A DNA stretch of 64,000 nucleotides from Antedon mediterranea. Taxonomy: Eukaryota > Animalia > Echinodermata. Shown piece after piece: positions 50,942 through 62,000 of the stretch (the first letter of the stretch is position 1; each line of letters begins with the position of its first letter). The position numbers and the translations under genes were made by a program. The stretch spans positions 21,376,795-21,440,794 of the forward strand of contig NC_092670.1 of the NCBI RefSeq assembly GCF_964355755.1, given 5' to 3'. The notes under the pieces are model-generated. The model was given only the letters and a program-made list of their open reading frames with translations. It was not told the origin of the DNA and did not search any database.

Positions 50942-51180
50942 AGACAGTTATTGAATATTCACATAAGCTTGATATTATGCATAAGACAGTTATTGAATAT
51001 TCATATAGGTTTGATGGTATGCCTAAAACAGTTATTGAATATTCATAAAAGTTGAATGATATGCATAAGACAATTAATGAATATTCATATCAGTTTGATG
51101 ATGATATGCATAAGCCAGTATTGAATATTCATATAAGTTAGATCATATTCATAATATGGTTATTGAATATTTATATAGAT
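50942..51180. repeat. Tandem 42-bp minisatellite x6 in the MRTF 3' UTR region
   Basis: agacagttattgaatattca...gat..tatgcata units start at ~50942, 50984, 51026, 51068, 51113 and 51154. Confidence 0.85.
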
Positions 51181-51870
51181 TGGTATTTACTAGATTAATA
51201 TTCAATTGAGTTGTTAAAGTGTCTGAGATGGAATTGACAATTTAAAAACAATCAACCCACCATTTATAAGATAATCTAGATTGGTTAATTAACTCTTTTA
51301 AATGAAAAGTACACTTTATATATATATATATATATACTCATTAATTAATAATAATTTAAGATGAGCTAATGAAATTACCATTAATTATTGATATCAATAC
51401 TTTCTGAACATTAAAAATGTCCCAAGAAATGTATGTATAAGCAATCATTACAAAAATTATTAAATCTTAAAAAACAAAATGAAATTACTGTATGTGAATA
51501 AGATATTTAATTTTTTGAGAAACTTTGTTAAGGTCGACAATGATCATAACAAGTTTATAACCAAGTTTATTTTATGTTGAAACCAGGTTGACATGACCTG
51601 GTTTGCGTTATTAATATTAAAGAGTTCTCTAACATTTGTATTTTTGTGTATAGTTTTTGAAACATTGTAAAATTGTTGATAAGATAAGAATATGATGATA
51701 AGGATTTATTTTGTAGAATTTATATAGTAATAAGTTTGTATATAAAAATTAAGTTTTCTATGTTGAAGTACGTATAGGTATTATTATTTTTGGTAATATT
51801 TCCATAGAGACATTTGTAAATAAGGGATCTAATATAATTACCTACTGGTCGTGCAACAAGCGCCCATAAA

Positions 51871-52075
51871 CTATATTTGGCAATATGATACCCAAATATG
51901 GTATTGGTATTTGGTACTTATACAAAATATGGAATTTATAAGCCATATTTGATCAAAGAACAATACATAATTATTGAATACATTATTATATTTTATATGA
52001 TGTAATTATCCCATATGTGATATTGATATTTCTATATTTTGCCATAAAGTATGATGTCATTATCTCTATATTTGG
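51871..52075. promoter_or_regulatory. CArG/CArG-like cluster 1 (candidate SRF sites)
   Basis: CTATATTTGG 51871, CCAAATATGG 51892 (perfect), CAAAATATGG 51923, CCATATTTGA 51943, CTATATTTGG 52066. Confidence 0.55.
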
Positions 52076-53118
52076 GCTCATTGCATTTGTGTTATGTTAC
52101 ATAATGTAGATTTTTATTTTTAATATAACTCCTATACTCTACTTATATCAAAAAGTAGTTATTGTAAATTTGATAAAACTATTTTGTTTGAGAGTTAAGC
52201 TTTTCTAAGATTTTCTGTGAGTGATATTTTATTTTTCTTCTTTACTTAAACTCTCTCTTGCTAACTTTTCCGGTTTCCTTCATTCCAAGGTTGATGCTAT
52301 ATTTATAAATATTTGTGGGCAAATTATGAGTTGTTGAGTGTCATAGTAGTAGGGTTTTAGAAACGTGGACACATTCAAAATCGTTTATGTGTCCAGCAAA
52401 AATGATTCCATATTCTTCTATTTCTTTATCTTTTAATTATTACAACTGACAATTTTTTTTAAATATCAGTTATTTGATTTTATTTAATTTTTCAAATTTT
52501 GTTATATGTTTGAGTTTATGTTGTGAATTTTGAAGATAAACAATTTTAAATACAAGTAAAACTTTAAGAAGTTAGTTTGGGAAGTTTATTCATATTTATA
52601 GCCTGTTTGGCAACCAAAATCGAAAAATATTTATTATCGATATATCGGTATTGTTGACACATTTTAACAATATTTGTGTTCTGTTAATGCATTAATGATT
52701 GGTTGTGTTAGGCGTTAATATCGATGGCCTAGTTGTGTTCTATTATGTACTGTTTGAGTGGTTTTGTTCTATGGTTTTTCTCTATTTATGCCCTGATGTG
52801 TAACTTGTACAAACTTCCGACCAAAGTAGAATTCTAATAGTTTCTGATTACTATTTGCTGAATTGAGGACTTTTATTGCATTTCATTGCTTTTATCTAGT
52901 TATATGTCCTACTACTTAAAAATCTTTTTTTTTATTTAGAATTAATTTGTTGTGATTATTATGTAGTCCCTTCCCCTATAAAAAGTAATTTATTGTTAAA
53001 CAAAAGAAAAAGATAACACTATTAATGTATTTTTGTTCTGTTCAGACTGTAAATTTATGTTGAAATTTTATACCCAACTATAGAAATATAATTGTATGTG
53101 TATGGTGATATGACATTT

Positions 53119-53192
53119 CCATATATAGGGGCATAATTACTTTATATGGTCATATTATATCCATTTTTGGCTTTGAAAATGGCCAAATTATG
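53119..53192. promoter_or_regulatory. CArG/CArG-like cluster 2 (candidate SRF sites)
   Basis: CCATATATAG(G) 53119, CTTTATATGG 53140, CCATTTTTGG 53161 (perfect), CCAAATTATG 53183. Confidence 0.55.
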
Positions 53193-54365
53193 TCAGTCTG
53201 AACAGAATCTAAAGAAATACATTCTTAAGTCATTCCATCAATAGCAAATATATGTAAATTACAATGCTATGATAACAGACATGAAATAAATATATCCAAA
53301 TTGAAAATTATGTTTTTGTTTAAAATACACCATTTTCCTGTATGTTAAGCATGTACATTTTTGTATAGATTGTTATGATATAATATTTGAAATTGTTTTA
53401 TATTTTTTGGTTTTTTAAATTGCATTAATTAATTAATATCGCTATGCAAAGTGTTGTTATCTCAAGAATGTGAGTCACTTGAGAGTGTTTTATATACAAA
53501 GATGTTTGTTGTATTATCACCATTGTAATTTTAAGTTTAATGCACATAAGAACTGACTAAGTACACTGGCATTCGGAATAATACTCTTCCAAGACAATGT
53601 GTGAAAGGTTATAATGCTACACATTTTAGATTATTTTTATGACTTGTTTAAATTGGCCATTTATTACATTTTTTAGTGCAATTTATTTATAATCCGCTTT
53701 CACAGGAGTCTCAAACTCTACAAGCATTATATTTGTTTCTGACAGGTGCACATGTTGGATTTCAGTTTAACAAAAATGATGAAGTTATAAAATTATATTA
53801 TTATCATATAAGTATTATAATTGATGCCAGTGTACTCAGCCAGAATTGTGTGTTTCAGCTTAAATTATGAAACTTGAGTGTGGAGCTTTTTGCAGTGCAA
53901 ACCTTGTGGTAGTGTACTCTAGAATTCAAGCATGCACTTAACATTTGTTAGAATATTGTCAAACTTGTGGTAATTTAAAAAAAAACTCACTTTAAGAAAA
54001 TGTGAAAAGGCACTTGCCAAGCGAAGAAAAATACTAAACGTTTGAATAAATTTAAAATCAATTAATATAATACTATAGGGGACTTTTTTATTAACAAAAA
54101 TGATAATGAAATATTTTGTCTAAGGATTTCCCATGCATAGTAATCTGTATTTACAGTTATTTCTGTGTGTGGGAAATCTCCATATTCAACACCTGCGTAA
54201 TATACATAACAGGTGCTATTTCAATTAACTGGATACAAATGAATGTCTTCCAAATATAAGTTTCTAAAAGCTAAGTTTACTCACTTAAATCTTATTTACA
54301 TAAATGTGATTGTCTCCCCTTATATGCCAGGATGTTTAAATGCATTCATTCAAGTATGACAATGT

Positions 54366-54375
54366 AATAAATAAA
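54366..54375 (+). terminator. Candidate distal polyadenylation signal of MRTF
   Basis: Overlapping AATAAATAAA ~500 bp before the TMEM94 promoter. Other AATAAA signals occur at 53285 and 54045. Confidence 0.35.
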
Positions 54376-54879
54376 ATTGTAAACTTTATTACACAAATAG
54401 AATTTAAAAATGAAAGAGTGCCATATCCAACAATAATAATATCTGATGATTTTTCTTTAAAATATTAAGGTATATCTAGCTACTAAAATATTCATTTGAT
54501 TGTTTTGATCTCTGCAGAAAAGAGATCCTCTCGAAACATTAATCAAAGATGCCTATTAACCATTTGTAATGTACACTACAACTTAGTAACAATATTTTTT
54601 ACGAATTATTAATAGTTTTACTTAATTTAATTTATGGAAAGCTTGTTTCGCTTGGATTGCTATTAGTGTCAACACACTGCAAATAGATGTTAATTGAAAA
54701 GTATATATTTCCTTTAAAAATGTACATAAACAAATGAGAATAGAATTTGAGCTTATGATGGAGAAAAAATAAAAAATAGCCTATGGCTTGGATTTGCAAA
54801 TAAAGACAATTGTGTTGTTTGTTTTTTTAAGTTTGGTTGTCTATTACATAATAAACAAAACTTTCATTTACAACAACCA

Positions 54880-55132
54880 CTAGAGCGTGAAGTCACCGGA
54901 TTCGTTCAAAGTTTCGCGGTTTCACACAAGAATCTGATTGGTAGAAGAGACAGATTGACACACAATTTAACCCCAGTTTAAGATCGCTCAACCGTATCGT
55001 TAGATTCGTTACACGGCGGTCGTCGTTCCTCCTCTCAAAAACCGGCGGTGTTCAAAATGTTTTGTTGTAAAATTCTCAATTAATTTCCTAATTAAACACG
55101 TATTCAATTTAAAGAATCATAGATTTCTTGAA
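54880..55132 (+). promoter_or_regulatory. TMEM94 promoter and probable non-coding first exon
   Basis: Local CpG enrichment, ctgattgg CCAAT box at ~54934-54941 and donor AA|gtaagt at 55132. The next acceptor, tctttgtag| at 55639, precedes ATG 55658. Confidence 0.6.
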
Positions 55133-55657
55133 GTAAGTTTGGTCTTTTTATTTATCATAAATTATTGCCAATATGTTATTCGTAATATTGATCTCAGTCT
55201 ACTCGTTGCTAGGCCGGGAATTTCCTCTTCCTGCTCCACATAAAATGAATCGCCCTCCGTGGTGATTCGTTGACAGAACAGTATACCGTCGACAGATATA
55301 CCTAGGCCTAGCATTTTTTTGGTGATAGATAGATAGCCTACACAGACTAGTCAGATCCCATGCATAGAAGTTGCACCATCTATGAAAAGTAACAGTATTT
55401 GGATAACAATACCTTAATGTGTGTGTATATTTATTCATCAATTCATATTTTCTTCAGTCATGATGGATGGACACATGCAATTGAATAGGTTTTTGCAATA
55501 TTTCTTTTATTTATCGTAGCTAGGCTAGTCTTAATTTCGCCTAGTAGTGTAGTGATGGTACTGGAGCCTGGAGGACAATGTAAGCTCTTTTCTGTCACAG
55601 TGCAAAAATTGAATCAAACCATTTTAAGTATCTTTGTAGATATAACTAGGCCTAGAT

Positions 55658-56039
55658 ATGATGGATGAAGAGATACATGTTGATGGCCTACCAAGCTCCC
55701 AAGCACTACAGAAACTACACAATGCAATACAGAATGAGATACAGCTATTTCAAGATGACTTACGCAAGTCTCAGTCCATCCTTGCAAACTTAAGCCAGCC
55801 GTCAGGTCTTTGGCTTAGCCATCGTTCTCCCCTGCACTGGCTCAGGGCATTGTTTATCTTTATAGCCTCGGTTGTGTTGACTGTAGCATATGGATGTTCT
55901 GGCAATGAGTTGTATGTTATCCAGGCATTGATTTTGCTTGTTTTGCTAACTTTAAATGTGTATGTTACTGGCTGGGACCATAAATTGCAACGCAATGAGA
56001 TGGTTCGTCAAGGACAGCGTATTTTAAAGTATATTAAAG
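55658..56039 (+). CDS. TMEM94: TMEM94 coding exon 1 (TM1-TM2)
   Basis: GLPSSQALQKL...HWLRALFIF...LLVLLTLNVYVTGWDHKLQRNEM; donor G|gtaaat. Confidence 0.9.
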
Positions 56040-59000
56040 GTAAATGTTTTACTCTTCTATTAATAGAATGAACCGTACTGTACTTAGCCAGAGAGTTTGT
56101 GTTTTATTTGATTAAACTTTGGTAATGAGGTTGACTCATAACAGCCGAGGCTGACATGCAGGCCTACAACACTTAAAAAACAGGAATTATACTGCTGCTG
56201 CTTTGATGTTGTTAAGCTAACTGATGCCTTTGAAAATAGCTTTTGTAGAGTAGAGACAATAGTAGCATAAACTCCAATGCTAACTAGGCCATTGAAAAGC
56301 ATTTTTGCAACAATAAGGTATAGTCTATTATTATTAACTATGATTGATAATTTGCTTATCTTAAGTGATGCTTACCTTAAAGATGTATTGTCCCTTGAAA
56401 CAAAAAAAAAAGAATTTAATAAATTCAAAATTTGAGACAAAAACAACAAGTATACGTAATTATCAAGGAAATTAATTTGATTACATTTCGTCTAAAATCG
56501 TCACAAGCGAAAGTAAACAAAGATTTCAAACCACGAGTATGCATTATGCATGATGCTAATTTAGGATTGTTTACAACTGGTTACGGAAGTTTAAGAGTAG
56601 CCAAACAAGCGCGTTGCATTATAAGATATGTTTTGATCGAAAACTTTGACTGGAAGTCAAAGTTATTTTTTGAACAAAAAACGTCTGTATTTCAGTTAAA
56701 TGATTTTTTTTTTTGACTAATTTTTGGTGAAAGTTAATAACCATTATGATACTTCAAAATGACACACTTTTTTTCGAAATCTTTTTTTTTTTTTTTTTTG
56801 GAATTAGTCAAAGGAACAATACATCTTTAAGGAAAAAGACAAAGAGTATTACAATTTAATGTAAAATGATTTGTATCTTTTCCAGAGTGCATTGAGAATA
56901 GAGAAGATTGGACATTATCTTCATACCCATCTCTTCACAGTCCATTCACAAAGTCCTTCGGTTTGCTCTGGACATATCGTGATGGCAAGCTGGTAAACCT
57001 TCCGAGTGCCCTGCTTGTACAAGGTGACACAGTATTGATTCGACCTGGTCAGGTGGTGCCTGCTAGATTAAAGCACACTGAGGTAATAATAAATTATAAT
57101 TCAAACATTTTTGTGTACAATTTGATTAATCAATCAAGCTAATATCATACATAAGCAATACTCTCAAACACACTTAAACTTGACTGTGATTTCCAGTTTT
57201 TCCACAAAGCACCTTTTTTCAGGATGAAATTTTGTCCAGTAGTCAGAGATTCATTCATTTCAGATAAATATCTATATAGAGAGAACATGCTACTATACAT
57301 AACACAAATAAATGTATTACTGAGAAATATTAGACTAAATGTAAAATTGATAAATGATTTTACACCATCTATTTTGAGATGCTATTCATTGTTCATATTA
57401 TTGCTAGAATCTAATCTTTTTTAACACAGAAGAATGATTTAGTATTGAATGTTGGAGATCGATATGAACCAGAGTCTGCAAAGCCTCTAACAAGTACAAT
57501 GCCAACAGCCAAGACACCACTCAAACCAAACTGCTTTGAAGTGCTGGAAACACCTTACCTGAGGAGCCTAAGGTGAGAAAGGAGGAAAATATGTTTGATT
57601 TCTAATGGTTGTGACATGAAATAGGTCCTGTGTACATTAGATTGCTGTATGTTTAGTAGGTGTTTATTAGTCGCGTGGACGCGACTCTATAGTTCACTAT
57701 GTCGGTCGGTCGGTCGGTCTGTCTGTCTGTCGGTCCGGTATCACTATGCGTTTTATTGCTTTCTGACCTTATCTTGATATCAGTTTAATCTAGCTAAGTC
57801 AATTTTTCACAGTATATTCCTTATGGCCAGGAATCGATGTGGTTATGTTTTCACGGTGCGCAATAAAAAATTATGCGGTGTACGCACGATGTAACAAAAT
57901 CACGTTTGTAATCATATCTTCACAACCATGAATCACAATGAAATAAAATTTTGTACTCATAAATTTCAGGGCATAAATCATGATATGGCAATACAATTAC
58001 GTGCGTAGCGCATGTAACGCATGCGTACCACATCCACGTCAAACAGCGAAAATGGGACATTAAGTGTTCCGAGAGCCGTTTTCATTGTTTAAGTTAGCCG
58101 GAGCCTTTTTCGATTGGCTATAAATAGAAAGTTCCCGAGCATTTCGAGCGACGCAAGTTCTGACTTCCGTGTTTTATAGGCTGTCTAAATTTCCCTTTTA
58201 ACGGGTTTATATTAAATTATATTGTTGTTTGATTTATTTCTTTTTATTAAGAACATTTATATTAAACAAAAACCACAACAATAGCAATTTTAGTTGATTA
58301 TGGATTAATTTATTCGAATTCTAAGATAAACGTCTAAGCCAAGTGTAAACGTAAACAAAGCGAGTCATACGGCGAAAACAAAAAAGTGAAAACTAACTAA
58401 TTTGTTAAAATAGCTAACATTAATTTGCAATTTTTAAATGAAATTCTGAAAACGCTATAATATAGTCTTATATGCATTTTCAAAGATTTCCAAATATAAG
58501 CTTGGGGTTATTTTTCAAACAAATTCTATAAGGAGTTGAAGATAGTGTATTTTGAGCGAAAGTGCGGTGCGCGTAGGCCTAGGAAGACGCGGCAGGGCTG
58601 GAATACTCGTTTCCTTAGGCGACGAGAACGACGGAAGATGCGCTCCATCACTGTGCTCTCAATTTTAGTTCTTGTTAAGTGGATGATGCAGAATCTTATA
58701 ATATGGGCTTATAAATTTTAAAATAAAGTGCTCAACTTTCATTTTTCTTAAAATTATGAAGATTAGTGTGAAGTGGGGACTGTCTGCATGCCTGAACGGC
58801 TGACTTGGTAAAATACTGAAAAATCAGTCAATTAGTTAGGCCTAGGCCTAGGCTAATTAATTAATGTACAGTGTGTAATGTCATATTTTTATGAATAGAG
58901 CTAAACCTACTAGTAGGCTTACTAGTAATCTCATAATAAATCTGTTAATGTCACCTGTCACTAACATATGATTGATTTAAGTATATGCTGAAAATGTTTA

Positions 59001-62000
59001 CTTTTTATCGGAGCTAAAATGAAATTTCGCAGTTCCCTGCTTTTTATTATAATAATGGAGCAATAAATGAAATACAAATACACACCAATTAACATTTTAA
59101 CTTTTAATATTATCACAAATTTCACCTTAAAAATCAGACAAGTTTTCTACATCAACTTAGCTAACATTTGTACTAAGCCTAATCTTCAAAAGATTTACTA
59201 TTACTGTAGTAGGCCTATTACCATTATTTATTTGCCAATTTGAAATGTACATTTAAACTTTATTAAACTACTGCACAACAACCAACTGCCAATTGAACCT
59301 TTAAATAAGTAAATTAGGATAAGTTAAAGTTTTTACAAAATAAATGTCTTTTTGGCAATACATCTATAGATATCCATAATTACAGTATTAATAGTGCTTT
59401 TTCACATTATATACCAGAAGTAAATTAATATGACTCATAAGAAATTGTTGTTGATTTAATGCTATTTGTATTGAAGTATGTAGAACAATCCTCTGTGGTC
59501 TGTAAAAAAACAACAACATTCAATTAATAATAATCATTATTTAATTAAATTTGTATATTTATTCTTATTTTCTTAGGCCTATAAACAACACGCGCCTGAC
59601 AATGAACACGCGCCAATAATGCACGCACTACCCCACTATTATAGGCTAAAGCCTGGCTCTCCTACTGTACTACTAGGCCTAGACTATATTGATTTATAAA
59701 TAAAACAAAGAGGCTTTGTAGAGTTTTGTGATTTAAAACAGCTTTCCTATATATTATATGTTGCCCTTATTAATTTACAAAACTACATTTTTTATCTTAT
59801 GGCGTAAAAAATGATTTTAGCTACAACCATGTGTTCCATTTTTGATAGTGAAATACCCAAGAATGCACATGTTTAAGCAGCCATTAAAAAAAAACAAAAA
59901 ATAACCCCAACGAGATTTTTTTATTAACTACTATTGAAAAATCAAATATTCAGAAACTATAAAACCCACCTTCTCAAAAAATTGCGTTGTTTTATTACAG
60001 CCTCAACAAATTAGACGAAATTTTAGCATTCGAATAGCCTAAAATTGTTTAAAAAACATCGGTGTAATTCACCCTTGTTTCATAAAAATATAATGGGTTC
60101 GTCGATTAAAAAACAATATCACGTGGTTCGTAGATGCCTTGTCAAAGGTTTTCATGAATTATTCATTAGTAAATAAAACCAAAAGTTCCAATTGGCCAGT
60201 TTGCAAAAACCTAAGATTTACTTTTCAAAACAAAGTTGCTTCCGGGTAATTGTCAACGCTGTCTCGTGTGCAAAAACGATTCGCTGCCGATAGAGGGCTC
60301 ACTACTATTTGTCCCTGGTGAATCGAATGTGGTACCGCATGTAACGCATGCGTACGCGCGCTTAAAATTTTCACAATTTATTTTCGATGAAATAAGAGTA
60401 CGTTTCAGGCAATTTTAAGCGTTTACAAAATTGCCATGAGTGCGCAGATTTTTGCGCATGCACTGCGCGTTAAATGTTATTGCGCACTCTTTTTGCCCGA
60501 TTTCTGTTTTCTTGACTTACTTTTCAACTCGAAATTATGTTATACGAGCACGTCAAAAGTGACAGACTATGCACGTGTAAATTAAAAAAATATAAATGTT
60601 TTTAAACATTTCAACATTTTTAAACATGTTCAGTAATTTCGGTCAGTTGGTAGGTTGGTCGATCGGTAAACACTAATGAGCACGCGACTGCAGCCATCTA
60701 TATGGCCTTGTTTTTCATTGCATCTCACTCTTGTGAAGAAAACTGTAACCTTTAAATGCAATAATACAATTTTTGTTCTTTTTTAGAGTTTGTTTAAACC
60801 AAGCACTTAATCGTCCTGTATCTGTGTTGGAAAATAAGCGCATAATGTGTACCAGAGTTATCCATGTTATTCTACCTATCATATTTGTAAGTTTTAACTT
60901 AGTAAGCTTTCTAGAAATATACAATTTGTTAACTAGTTTACATGTTAATTGTTTACTGGATTACTAGTTAATTAGTTTACTTGTTAAATTGTTAACTAGT
61001 TTATGTATGAACTAGTTTACTTGTTAACTAGTTTACTTATTAACTATTTTACTTGTTTACTAGTTTACTTATTAACTAGGTTACTTGTTAACTAGTTTAC
61101 TTATTAACTATTTTACTTGTTTACTAGTTTACTTATTAACTAGGTTACTTGTTAACTAGTTTACTTGTTAACTATTTTACTTGTTTACTAGTTTACTTAT
61201 TAACTAGGTTACTTGTTAACTAGTTTACTTATTAACTATTCTACTTGTTTACTAGTTTACTTATTAACTAGGTTACTTGTTAACTAGTTTACTTGTTAAC
61301 TATTTTACTTGTTTACTAGTTTACTTATTAACTATTTTACTTGTTAACTAGATATACTTGTGTTTAACTAGTTTACTTGTGTTTAACTAGTGTTATATTA
61401 CTAATTTTTGTCAATAATATTTATTTTATCAGGTAATCTCCTTATTCACAAACATTGGTCGCTACTTTGTTTTGACAGAAGATGTTGGTGACTGGCCTGA
61501 TATGGTCCTTGTGCTACCGGTAATTACTTTATTTTATTCAGTTTCTGCAAATAAATGCTAAAATAAACTGATTTGTGCACCACAGTGACCCTATTTAGTA
61601 TGATGAATCCAAGACTTTAAGTTCCTCAATGTGAAGTGGGCACTATTATGCATGTTAGTATTCACACAGTCCTATCCCCAAATATCCACTAATTAATTAA
61701 TATATTATAATTAATGCAATAACATTACAACATCACCAATTTGTTTTTTTGAGGTGTTTTGTCATACACTGTACTGGCTAATCTGCTCTGGCTATTTTAC
61801 TATCTTCTCAGATTTACGCAATCATGCCGTTATTACCGTTGTTCTTTCCAATGTGCTGGGTTGTCATTAATGCCTATGGTGTAGCAAGACTCGTGGCTGT
61901 CTTTAACAAAGCATTAAAGAAAACAGTAAGAACAGATTTATTCATAAAAGTGGTTCCACAGGTTCCATATAAACATTTTGTATTAGTAATTTACATAAAG

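Noticed and set aside
58536-58721. Arg-rich ORF in the nested element as a transposase fragment
   Set aside because: Non-ATG start, short, and no recognisable motif on either strand.
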